In this document: positions 9,353 through 19,527 of the stretch, piece by piece
Numbering within the stretch: the first letter of the stretch is position 1
Layout of the letters: each line of letters starts with the position of its first letter
Assembly: GCF_004010195.1 (NCBI RefSeq)
Contig: NC_057753.1
Coordinates: forward strand, 9,405,555-9,425,554
Source of the DNA: Chiloscyllium plagiosum
Taxonomy: Eukaryota
Direction: 5' to 3'
Length of the DNA stretch: 20,000 nt
The notes under the pieces: model-generated
Seen by the model: the letters and a program-made list of their open reading frames with translations, nothing else
Told to the model about the DNA's origin: nothing
The model's database searches: none
Translations under genes and position numbers: made by a program

Positions 9353-9620
9353 ACAGATGGTGGACAGAGGAAAGAATTTGCAGTCTGGAGTGAAACTCAA
9401 TCTTCATTCTGAGAGAGAGAGGTGCATTACAACTTCCGCATTCAGACAATAGGTGATGTTCTGATTGGCAGGATGACTACCGAACATCCGGTCCTCCAGG
9501 GATCCCCAGTGGCTTCTAAAGAAAGTCGCGCCCCATTTTTAGCGGACAACTAGGAGCATGCGCATTTTTTTGGTGACAAACTTTAACAAGCGCCATTCTT
9601 GCTAACACCGAGGAGCCCGT
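9353..9620 (-). promoter_or_regulatory. Candidate distal promoter and first exon (intact copy of the 300-833 module)
   Basis: Donor CT|GTGAGT (GT at 9354-9353), ETS ACTTCCG 9432-9438, NF-Y CTGATTGGC 9461-9469, NRF1-like GCATGCGCA 9556-9564, and locally retained CpGs. Confidence 0.65.
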
Positions 9621-9756
9621 GCAGTATTCTCTGTGGAAATGCTGCTATTACGAACAAATTTTAAGGGTCCAAATGCTAATAGGAGAAAAAAAAAGGGTAG
9701 ACCCACAATTTATTTTCCTCCGTGGCTCGACATAACCACGCATGCTCCTCACTATT

Positions 9757-10210
9757 TTTGCTAGTCACCTTACCTACACTCCTCATGATTTTACAAGTTT
9801 CAATAAGGTCACCCCCTCAACCTCCTATGCTCCAGTGAAAAACGTCCCAGCTTCTCCTAACTCAAACCATCCTGTCCTGGCAACGTCCTGGTACATCTTT
9901 TCCAAACCCTATATAATAGTGTTCTTCCTATGACGGGGCGACCAGAACTGTACTCAGCATTCTAAAAGTGGCCTCACCAACATCCTGTACAACCTCAACA
10001 TGATGTCCCAACTCCAATATTGAATGGTGTGAACAATGAAGACAAGTGTGCTAAATGCCGTAACCACCTTGTCTGCCAGTGATGCAACTTTCAAAGAATT
10101 ATGGACTTAACCCATGTCTCTATTCTACAACATGATCCAGGGCCCTACCAGTAATTGTACTAGTCCTGCCCTTTCTTTTTGTAGCAAAATGCATTCCTCG
10201 CTTTTATCAA
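9757..10210 (-). mobile_element. CR1-clade LINE fragment, duplicate of 2890-3360
   Basis: Colinear with 2890-3360 and ends at the same junction with the CA-rich Penelope-like element. Confidence 0.85.
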
Positions 10211-10885
10211 GACCTCTCTAATACACATGCTCTCTCTCAGACACCCACCCAATATTCACACCTTCTCACACTCGTACATTACCAAACATCACACAGGCAA
10301 ACACACACTCTTACGCGAACACTCAGACACAAACTCACATGTGCACACACTCTCTCATGCATGCACAGACACAAGTCTATGGGATAAATTTGCATTTGCA
10401 GATACATTCAATTTTGATCAAAAAGCACAATCTGTAGGGAGTCAATCCATGTAATATTTTCAAATTGCCTACTTTGGAAATGGAACCAGTCTGATTCAAG
10501 ATTGGGATACAGACAGACTCGAACCTCACACTGTTCATGTACTGAGCTGAGATGTCACCGATTTTTATAAAACCTTCAGTCATCTCAAGAACGTGACTTA
10601 AAAGTACTTCTGGGCTTTACATTTTAATTACCCGAGACCTGCAACCCATTTTAAAAGATGAAAGACTAAACTGCAATCTAGGTTTGTTCAATATAGCCCA
10701 TCAGTTGCACTACACTGTGATCTTTTCTATAAAATCTGTGTCTTATGATCCTGTTCCACAGCTACCTGATTAGGAGCAGCACTCCGAAAGCTAGTGCTTC
10801 CAAATAAACCTGTTGGACTATAACCTGGTTTTGTGAGATTTTTAACCGTATCCATCCGCCGTCCAACACCAGCTCCTCCACATTG
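10211..10885 (+). mobile_element. Penelope-like element fragment with near-complete minimal hammerhead motif
   Basis: tac-CTGATTA-GGAG-cagca-CTCC-GAAA-GC-TA-gtg at 10763-10796, then 'aataaacctgttggactataacctggt'. Confidence 0.65.
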
Positions 10886-10889
10886 TTTC

Positions 10890-11700
10890 CAATGAACACA
10901 GCCCACACCTCCTGTCTGTAAACCTTACAATGCTGATGACATAATGCAGTACCTGCACTCCTGAAAATTTTCTAATGATACTGGCTACGCATTCACTGCT
11001 GCAACTGATACACAACATTGGAAACTTAGTGTAGGAGGCTGAAAGAAATGAGCAGTTTTAAAACAAAAACCTGTTGCAGCTTAAAGCTTCCAATGAGTGT
11101 CTGAGACTGGTGGTAAGTTCAGGTAACCTTTATTGCAACCCAACTTTACTACAGCTTCAGATCCTCCCAGCAAAAAGGCATAGAAAAAGTAGCTGCTTTT
11201 TAAACAGCACAAGGTCAGAGCATTGTCAGTCCAGGGTAGAAATTCAGAACATGCAATTCTACTTTGAGGAACATTTTTTGCTTTTGTTATTCCACAAAAT
11301 TGAAAGCACCATCCCATTCTCCCGCTCCGTGTTCTCACTCTGCTTGAACTAATTCTCCTGAAGGTGCTGATTCAGGATCTCACAGGGACAGTAAAAGCAA
11401 AAAGCAAAACGGACATCTCTCTGAATTTTGGATAACCCCATCTGACAGTTAATATCTTTCACAACACTAGGGTACTGCTGAGAGTGAGCAGGTCTGATTT
11501 TGGGAAGCAAAAAAAAAGGGTGTGTCAATTCAGGGTGAACCAGCAATGCAGCTTCTTGATGAAGAACCAGACATTAAATTATTAACATCCCCAGGACAAA
11601 AAAAGGGTGGGTGTGGAGGAGGTGAGACATCAAAGCATTAACACCAACACTCAAGAGAAACTAAATATACAGACATGGCAAGCATTGTTGGAAAGCCAGG
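10890..11700 (-). pseudogene. Zinc-finger gene remnant with the entire coding exon missing
   Basis: 10890-11220 aligns with about 3840-4145 (3' flank and AATAAA). 11221-11700 aligns with about 5753-6207 (upstream intron). About 1.6 kb, including the CDS, is absent between them. Confidence 0.85.
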
Positions 11701-12056
11701 GTCATGGAGATATACAGCACAGAAACAGACCCTTCAGACCAACTCATCCGTACAGAAAAGATATTCTAAAATCAATCTAGTCCCATTTGCCAGCACCTTA
11801 GCCAACAACCCTTTGAACCCTTCCTATTCTCTTTCTTTATTCAGATGCCTTTTCAATGTTGAAATTGTACCAGCCTGCATCACTTCACCCCTCAGCCTCC
11901 CACGCTCCAGGGAAAATAGCCCTAACCTATTCAACCTCTCCCTATAGCTCAAATCTCCCAACCCTTCTTGTGAATCTTTTCTGAACCTTTTCAAGTTTCA
12001 CAACATCTTTCCAATAGGAGGGAGACCAGGATTGCATGCAACATTCCAAAAGTGGC
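11701..12056 (-). mobile_element. CR1-clade LINE 3' fragment sharing its junction with 6208
   Basis: 'ggaaagccag..tca..gaga.atacagcacagaaacaga' occurs in both units. Confidence 0.85.
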
Positions 12057-12309
12057 TGTGGTTCTGTTGGGCAATGGTAATTTAATTCCAAAATGTTAAT
12101 TCCTTCACGAGAAGGGAATAATTTGCAATGTAGCTGTGACAGGCCGCTTGCGGAAGAGTAAAGAACTGATTGGAGGTGGAGAGGAACAGAGTTGATTCGG
12201 AGACTGGGGACTTAAATCTAAAGCGAGAAAATTACAACGGCAGAGGCACGAACAGGCTGCAACAAATGAGGGAACATTATTGAAAGAAATGACAAACATT
12301 TACATAGCA

Positions 12310-12770
12310 CCTGGAGGAACTGCAATAGTTGTCCCTTACTGTCTGACAAAATAAAATACAAAAAGGTGGCCAGCCACAGCGAACAAGGGACAACATGGAT
12401 CGTACTGAATACAAAGAAATGGCGTACAAATTGGCTTAAAAAAAAAGCAGATCTGAAGACTGGGAGAAGTTCAGGTTTCAGTAAAAGGATTGATTAAAAG
12501 GGGAAAATGGGGTATGTGAAGACAAAAAAAAAAGGATTAGTGAAAATAATTACAATGAGAACAGGCAAAGTTCTCATGTGGAACAAAGAGATGGCAGGCC
12601 AATTAACCACATACGTTGCTTCTATTATCACAAAGGAGGGCACAAGTAACATCCCCAGAATGTTGGGAAACACATGGTCCATTGAGAGCAGAACTGAGTA
12701 GTTGTGGGGAAATAGTGTTGGGGAAATTGATGGGATTAAAAGTTTACAAATCCCCAGCACCTGGTAATCC
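12310..12770 (+). mobile_element. Degraded CR1-clade LINE ORF2 internal fragment
   Basis: Peptide pieces 'MWNKEMAGQLTTYVASIITKE' and 'VLGKLMGLKVYKSPAPG' resemble the CR1 ORF2 region before the RT domain. Confidence 0.7.
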
Positions 12771-13049
12771 AAACTCCACACTATGCACTGAGATAAGTCA
12801 TTCAATTGTCAAATCTTCCCCCGATTAACTCACCGGTTTCATCTTCCAAGGGACCAACATTTACTCTGTTCCCTTTGGCATACGACTAGAAGCGTTTGTT
12901 TTTCTTTTTGATATTTTGTGCTAGGTTTCTTTCGTAATTTACCTTATACATTTTATTAGTATCCCATTGTTTATGTTTCAGCTTTCCAAAGGTCTGGAAT
13001 ACCATTTCTGTACAGGCTGAAAATTGAAAACATCCCTTGTTCAAACTGA

Positions 13050-13520
13050 AAATAAACCCACCTATCAGGTGGCTGGGGGCGGGCAAAACTATCGCCCCGC
13101 CCCCGTTTTTTTTTCGAATTCTTGGCAGACTCCTCCAACCACGCCCCTTCAGCTGGTGATGACGCCCCCGTCATTCTCACTCCCAAACCCGTGACCTGGC
13201 GCATGTGCAATGTAAGTCCTGCAGCGCGACACAGGCAGTGATACTGAGTGCGGTGGAGGAACGGAGACGGCGGCTGAAGGAACAAGAACAGGACCCGCTG
13301 GAAAAGCTGAGCGGGTCCGGCAGCGCGTGTCGAGAGACTGGGGAGTTTACAAACTCCTAGGGGGAGGCCTGAGGTCGCGAATAAAAGCCCCACCGGGCTA
13401 GTGTTTATCGGGTTGCCCAGGTAATCTGCCGCCATGTTTGTGAGGGGAAGGCGCGTGTTGTCTTGGGTCGGGCGGCCATCTTGGTGAAGGCACCATCCGC
13501 GGTCATTTCCGGGAGAGAAC
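13050..13520. promoter_or_regulatory. CpG island promoter, possibly bidirectional
   Basis: GC boxes (GGGGCGGG, CCCCGCCCC), TGACG, NRF1-like GCGCATGTGCA near 13199-13209, YY1-type GCCATGTT and GCCATCTT, ETS-like TTTCCGG, and a candidate plus-strand donor CAG|GTAATC near 13421. Confidence 0.75.
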
Positions 13521-13789
13521 TCCAACCTCGTGACAGCCTTTGTGTCAACTAGAATTTCCTCATTTCACTTTGAGAGACCTGGCGCTGAGCTTGGTATATC
13601 TGCCCTTAACACAGGAAAAGGGAGTGAGAGAGAGAAAAACAGGAAGGCGGGCTGTGAATGTGATAATTTGTGACACTGGAACAGAAAGTGGTGATCACAG
13701 TGACCTGGAGAGCATTGACGTGTTGATGTTGTTTTCAGTTTGTTGACTGGAGGAAAAAAAGAACACCAGGAGTGGAAGAAAGACATGAA

Positions 13790-13975
13790 GTGAATTTGAA
13801 TTTCAATGCAGGAGGAGAGATAATGTGTAGGATTGAAATTTAATACTTCCAGCTAGTAGATAAGAAAAGTGTTCCATGGAAAGTAGAACTGTCCCCTGAG
13901 CTTTTAATCTTGACGTCTTTTGTACATTTTAGTGGATGTCACAAGTTTCAGATGGGAAACTCAAGACAAACATCA
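13790..13975 (+). pseudogene. Inverted paralog of the zinc-finger intron/acceptor/terminal-exon start, cut off by LINE insertion
   Basis: 'agaaaagtgttccatggaaagtagaactg...tgacgtcttttgtacattttag|tgg' aligns with the reverse complement of about 5700-5880. No finger codons follow within the window. Confidence 0.6.
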
Positions 13976-14210
13976 TAGAGATGTACAGCACGGAAACAGA
14001 CCTTTCAGTCCAACCCATCCATGCCAACCAGATATTCCAACCTAATCTAGTCCCATTTGCCAGCACCCGGCCCATATATCTTCAGACCCTTCGTATTCAT
14101 ATACCCATCCAGATGCCTTTTAAGTGTTGCAATTTCACCAGCCACCACTACTTCCTCTGGAAGCTCATTCCATACATGCAACACCCTTTGCATGAAAAAG
14201 TTGCCCCTTG
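13974..14210 (-). mobile_element. CR1-clade LINE 3' tail
   Basis: 'catagagatgtacagcacggaaacagacc...cacttcctctgg-like...caccctttgcatgaaaaagttgcccc'. Confidence 0.85.
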
Positions 14211-15425
14211 GATCCTTGGAGCCCAACTATTTACAATCTACATTAGTGACTTGGATACAGGGATAAAAGGCACTATAGCCTAATTTGCAAATGACACAAA
14301 TCTGCAAAGGCAGGATGGTAAATTGCAATGAGGAAATAAGAACCTTACAACTAGATATAGATAGGTTAGGAGAGTGAGCCAAAATTTGGTAGATGGAGTT
14401 TGGTGGATAATGTGAGGTCATGCATTTTGGTCACAAAAACAGGAAGGAGACCTATTATCTAAGTGGTGAGAGGCTTTGGCGTGCTCTGGTGCAGAGGGAT
14501 CTGGGTATCCTCGTTCATGAGTTACAAAAAACTAGTATGCAGGTACAGCAGATATTAAAGATAGCAAATGGAATTAGATTAGATTAGATTACATACAGTG
14601 TGGAAACAGGCCCTTCGGCCCAACAAGTCCACACCGACCTGCCGAAGCGCACCCACCCAAACCCATTCCCCTCTGCACCTAACACTATGGGCAATTTAGC
14701 ATGGCCAGTTCACCTAACCTGCTTTGGACTGTGGGAGGAAACCGGAGCACCTGGAGGAAACCCACGCAGGCACGTTGAGAATGTGCAAACTCCACACACC
14801 TGAGGCAGGAATTGAACCTGGGTCTCTGGCGCTGTGAGGCAGCAATGCTAACCACCGTGCCAACCACATGTTGGGTTTTACAGCTAAAGGAATAGGATAT
14901 AAGGTTAAGGAAGTGTTGCTGCAATTGTGCATGGCATTGCTGAGACCACACCTGAAGGAATTGCCCAGTTCTAAGCCCCCTATTTCAGAAAAGATGTAAT
15001 GAGGTAGTTCACAGGAGATCCACTAGATTGATCCTACAGATGAGGGAGTTGTTAAATGAAGAGAGATTGAACAATTTGGACCGATACTGTTGAGAATTTA
15101 CAAGAATGAGAGCAGATCAAATTGAGATTTTCAAGATGATAAAAGGTATGGATAAAGTAGACATGGAATGGATGCTTCCACTTGTGGGGCATTCTAGGAC
15201 GAGACGTCACAGACTTAGGATAAGGGGGAGCAAAGTCGAGGGGAAAGTACTTCTCCCAAAGGGATGTGTATCTGTGGAATTCGCTCCCCCAAAGTGGTGG
15301 ATGCTGGGACAGTGAGTAAATTTGAAGAGGTGTAAAATAGGTTTTTAATTGGTGATGGGTTGAAGAGTTATGGGGAGAAGGCAGGAAAATGGGGGTGAGG
15401 AGCATATCAGCTATGATTAAATAGT
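14211..15425 (+). mobile_element. CR1-clade LINE ORF2 (RT to 3' end), interrupted by a SINE
   Basis: 'LGAQLFTIYISDLDTGIKGTIA*FANDT' (degenerate FADD motif) and 'MRADQIEIFKMIKGMDKVDMEWMLPLVG'. Confidence 0.85.
14573..14865 (-). mobile_element. HE1-like tRNA-derived SINE, near full length
   Basis: Minus-strand head TGGCACGGTGG (A box) and GGTTCAATTCC (B box), conserved body, (TCTAA)n tail. It splits the host LINE sequence. Confidence 0.9.
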
Positions 15426-15435
15426 GAAGCAGTAA

Positions 15436-15905
15436 GATTTACAGGGATGTTGCTGGGACTGGTGGTTTTGAGTTGTAGGGAGAGGCTGGGGCTTTTTAAA
15501 CATTGGAGCGTCATAGTCTGAGTAGTAACGTTATTAGAGGTTTCTAAAATCATGAGCGTCACAGATAGGACGAATAGCCAAGGTCTTATTCCCCAGGGTG
15601 GAGGAGTCAAAAACTAGAAGGCATAGGTTTAAGGTGAGATGGGGAAAGATTAAAAAAGGACCTAAAGGGCAATGTTTTCACACAGAGGGTGCTGCTTGTA
15701 TGGGATGAGCTGCCAGACGAAGTGGTGGTGGTTGGTACAATTACAATATTTAAAAGGTGTCTGGATGAATAGTTTGGGTGTAGAGGGATATGGGCCAAAT
15801 GCTGGAACTTGGGACTGGGTCAGTTTGGGACGTTGGTCGGCATGGATGAGTTGAACCAAAGGGTCTGTTTCTGTGCAGTGTGACTCTGTCTCTCAATCTA
15901 TGACT
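15436..15905 (+). mobile_element. CR1-clade LINE 3' end
   Basis: 'agatttacagggatgttgctgggactg...aactagaaggcataggtttaaggtgag...gggtctgtttctgtgc..tgactct'. Confidence 0.85.
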
Positions 15906-15935
15906 GAAACCAGACCTTTTTTTACTGATAATCTT

Positions 15936-16253
15936 TTAGATTTAGATTACTTACAGTGTGGAAACAGGCCCTTCAGCCCAACAAGTCCACACCGACCCAC
16001 CGAAGCGTAACCCTCCCATACCCCTACCCCTACATTTACCCCTTACCTAACACTACGGGCAATTTAGCATGGCCAATTCACCTGACCTGCACATCTTTGG
16101 ACTGTGGGAGGAAACCGGAGCACCCGGAGGAAACCCACACAGACACGGGGAGAACATGCAAACTCCACACAGTCAGTCGCCTGAGGCGGGAATTGAACCC
16201 GGGTCTCTGGCGCTGCGAGGCAGCAGTGCTAACCACTGTACCACCGTGCCGCC
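15936..16253 (-). mobile_element. HE1-like tRNA-derived SINE, full length
   Basis: Minus strand GGCGGCACGGTGGTACAGTGGTTAGCACTGCTGCC...GGTTCAATTCC, nearly identical to 19831-20000. Confidence 0.92.
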
Positions 16254-16367
16254 TTGAACAAAATCCTATTGGATTTTTTTTTTCGTGCAGTTTCAGATTT
16301 GTGGTGGATGAAATTGGCACATGTCCTGTATCCTGGAAATTCTGGAAAATAAAAATAAATAATTCTG

Positions 16368-16750
16368 TGAATGGTACAATCCTCTCCTTCCCCTATGCAC
16401 CCCCCACCCTACCCCACCCCACCCCAAATGATACAATCCTCCTATCCTTTCTACCCCTCCCCATGAATGATGCAATTCTCCCCCTCTCAATGGTACAATC
16501 CTTTCCTCCCTCACCCGTGTAGGGTGCAATTCTCCCGTCTCCGAATGGTACAATCCTTCCAACTGTCAATGGTAAAGTTCTTCCCTACCCACATCCGCCA
16601 TGAATGAAACAACCCTCCCTGTCTGAACTGTACAATTCTCCTCTTCCCATGTCCATGGGATGATTCTTCCTCACCCCCACCCCCATGAATGACAGCATCC
16701 TTTTCATCCCCATTCGACCCCCGACCAGGAATGGAACAATCCTCCCTCTG
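16368..16750. repeat. Degenerate minisatellite: about 12 copies of an AATGRTRCAATYCTYCC core with C-rich variable spacers
   Basis: Cores near 16369, 16427, 16465, 16488, 16520, 16543, 16567, 16602, 16625, 16655, 16687 and 16729. Confidence 0.8.
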
Positions 16751-16779
16751 AGAATTCTGACTTGTGACTCACAAGTGTT

Positions 16780-17270
16780 TTCCTTTGTGTTTTCCATTTC
16801 CAAAGCCTTTCCCATTTTGAAAATAGTCTCTGCTTTTGGTCTTGCTACCAAACTACATAACCTCAGACTTTACCACATTGTATTCCATCTGCCCCTCATC
16901 TGGCCATTCTCCTGGCCTGTCCAAGCATTCCCAGCATGGACTCCACCTGTCCCATGCTGAAAAAGGCCCTTTATGCCAACTCTCTGCCAACTGCCAGTCA
17001 GCCAATCCTCTATCCATGCCAGTACCTTGCCCCTCACACCAGGAACTCTTATTTTGCAGCCATCTGCACTGCACCTTGTCAAAGTCCTTCTGGAAATCCA
17101 TGTCGCTCACATCCATTGACTCTCCCTTTGTTTAATGGACTTATTACCTTCTCAAAGAACCCAAACAGATTTGTCAGACATGTCCTCTTCTTGTCAAAGC
17201 CATGCAGACTCAGTCCTGTTTTACCATGCATCTCTAAATATTCCACACTCTCATCCTTCATAATGCCTCT
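16780..17270 (-). mobile_element. CR1-clade LINE RT-domain fragment
   Basis: 'HGFDKKRTCLTNLFGFFEKV', 'MDFQKDFDKV' and 'GKVLAWIEDWLTGSWQRVGIKG'. Confidence 0.9.
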
Positions 17271-17324
17271 TGAGTTTACCCATTTTATCCTAAGTAAGCT
17301 GTTCTGTTCATTAGAATGTCATCA

Positions 17325-17983
17325 AGTTTGGGAAGTCATGTTGCAGCTGCACAGGACATTGGTTAGGCCACTTTTGGAATACTGCTTGCAATTCTGGTCT
17401 CCTTCCTATCAGGAAGATGTTATGAAACTTGAAATGGTTCAGGAAAGATTTACAAGGATGTTGCCAGGGTTTGAGGAAATGAGCTATAGGGAGAGGTTGA
17501 ACAGGCTAGGGCTGTTTTCCCTGGAGACTGAGGGGTGACCTTATAGAGGTTTACAAAATTATGAAGGGCATGGATAGGATAAATAGACAAATTATTTTCC
17601 CTGGGGTCGGGGAGTCCAGAACTAGAGGGCATAGGTTTAGGGTGAGAGGGGAAAGATATAAAAGAGACCGAAGGGGCAATGTTTTCACACAGAGGGTGGT
17701 ATGAGTTCTAATCAACAGTCTAATAATGGCAAAACTGTTGTGTCGTGTGTTCAAGCTTCTGTATCTTCTGTCTGACAGAAGCGGGTGTAGGAGATCAATC
17801 CCGGGGGTGGGGGTGGGGGAGAAATGATGTTGGCAGCCTTTCCACGACAATGAGAAGTGAAGATGAATTCCATGGATGGAAGGTTGGCTTCCAGGATGGA
17901 TGGTACTGTGCACACAACCTTCTGTAGTTTCTTCTGGTCCTGGGCAGACCAGTTACCGTGCTGTACATCTCTATGACTCTATA
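17325..17983 (+). mobile_element. CR1-clade LINE 3' fragment whose 3' UTR is replaced by an inverted insert
   Basis: 'WEVMLQLHRTLVRPLLEYCLQFWSPSYQEDVMKLEMVQERFTRMLPG'. CR1 sequence stops at 17700 and resumes at 17958 ('gtgctgtacatctctatgactct'). Confidence 0.9.
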
Positions 17984-18556
17984 AGTTTAAAGACTTCATA
18001 TTATGTATGTACACTATCTTTGCCGCTTGTAATATTTCAACCTTCTGAAGAAATCGTTCAAAAAATATTAGCACCAGGTATGAAACTGACTGTGTGACTA
18101 CTTCAAGTGAAGGAGTTAGTAAGAATGAGAAAGGAGCGGCTGAATATCCAAACCTACCCATGCAACAGTCAAGAAGGCACAACAATGCATTTTCTTCCAC
18201 ATGAGGCTTAAGAAATTCAGCATGTCCATAAGGATCCTCACCAACATTTACAGATGCACCATAGAAAGCATTGGATCTGGGTGCATCACGGCCTGCAATG
18301 GTAACTGCTCTGCCCAGGACCAGAAGAAACTACAGAAGGTTGTGTGCACAGTACCATCCATCCTGTAAGCCAACCTTCCATCCATGGAATTCATCTTCAC
18401 TTCTCATTGTCGTGGAAAGGCTGCCAACATCATTTCTCCCCCACCCCCACCCCCGGGATTGATCTCCTACACCCGCTTCTGTCAGACAGAAGATACAGAA
18501 GCTTGAACACACGACACAACAGTTTTGCCATTATTAGACTGTTGATTAGAACTCAT
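17701..18556. repeat. 257-bp inverted repeat (arms 17701-17957 and 18300-18556, 342-bp spacer)
   Basis: Arms are reverse complements without indels. Only two mismatches were seen (17891/18366 and 17949/18308). Confidence 0.95.
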
Positions 18557-18711
18557 GAATTTGAAATCTGCTTGCTTTTGTGCACCTTCTGTGCAGCCGT
18601 AACCCTACACGCCACACTCTGACTATGCACAGTATGACCTGCATGTCCTTGTTTGCTAGGATCTGATTGTACTGCTCACAAATCAAAACCTTTGACTGTA
18701 CTTAGGTACAT
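18155..18711 (+). mobile_element. Rex1/Babar-like LINE 3' fragment
   Basis: Manual translation 'VKKAQQCIFFHMRLKKFSMSIRILTNIYRCTIESIGSGCITACNGNCSAQDQKKLQKVV' matches the recalled Rex1/Babar post-RT region. Confidence 0.8.
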
Positions 18712-19527
18712 AGAACTTAGAACAATACAGCACAGTACAGGCCCTTTGGCCCTCAATGTAGTGCCGGCCCTTTATCCTACTTTTTAGATCAGACTAACCT
18801 ACATATCCTTCATTGTACTAACTTCTACGTGCCTATCCAAGAGTTGCTTAAATGTCCCTAATGTATCTGACTGTACTATCACCACTGGCAGTGCATTCAA
18901 TGCACCCACCATTCACTGAGTAAAGAACTTACTCTGACATCTCCCCTGAACCTTCCTCCAATAACCTTAAGCCTATGCCCTCTTGTAATAGGCTATCCAC
19001 TCTATCTATGCCTCTCAACATCTTGTATGCCTTGATCAAGTCACCTCCATCCTTTTTCGCTCCAATGAGAAAAGCTTGAGCTCCCTCAACCTTTCTTCAA
19101 AAGGCATGCCCACCAGTGCAGGCAGCATCCTGGTAAATCTCCTCTGCATTCTCTCTAACCTTCCAGATCTTTCCGACAATGAGCAAACCAGAACTGAACA
19201 CAATATTGCAAGTGTGGTCTATACAGGATTCTACGGAGCTGCAGAATAGCCTCACAGCACTTGCACGAAGTCCTCCTGCTAATGAAAGCTAACATACCAT
19301 ACACCTTCTTAACAATCCTATCAATTTGCATGGCAACTTTGAGGGATCAGTGGAAATGGACCACAAGGTCTCTCTGTTCCTCTACACTGCCAAGAATCTT
19401 GCCTTTAACCCTGTATTCTGCATTCAAATATGACCTTCCAAAATGAATAACTTCACACTTTTCCATGTTGAACTTCATCTGCCACTTATCAGCCCAGTTC
19501 TGCATCTTGTCAATGTCTAATTGCAGT
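18712..19527 (-). mobile_element. CR1-clade LINE 3' fragment
   Basis: 'LQLDIDKMQNWADKWQMKFNMEKCEVIHFGRS...ILGSVEEQRDLVVHFH', with the 3' tail near 18712. Confidence 0.9.

Noticed and set aside
12971..13525. 184-aa minus-strand ORF across the CpG island
   Set aside because: No recognisable domain and a non-ATG start; stop-poor because of GC content.
16368..16750. CRISPR-like repeat-spacer appearance
   Set aside because: Vertebrate context, degenerate cores, low-complexity spacers of irregular length and no cas genes.
16936..17538. 200-aa plus-strand ORF
   Set aside because: Fusion of an antisense CR1 piece and a sense CR1 ORF2 fragment.
17701..18556. MITE or DNA transposon with long terminal inverted repeats
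   Set aside because: No target-site duplication, and the right arm is continuous with LINE sequence on both sides, so it is not an element terminus.
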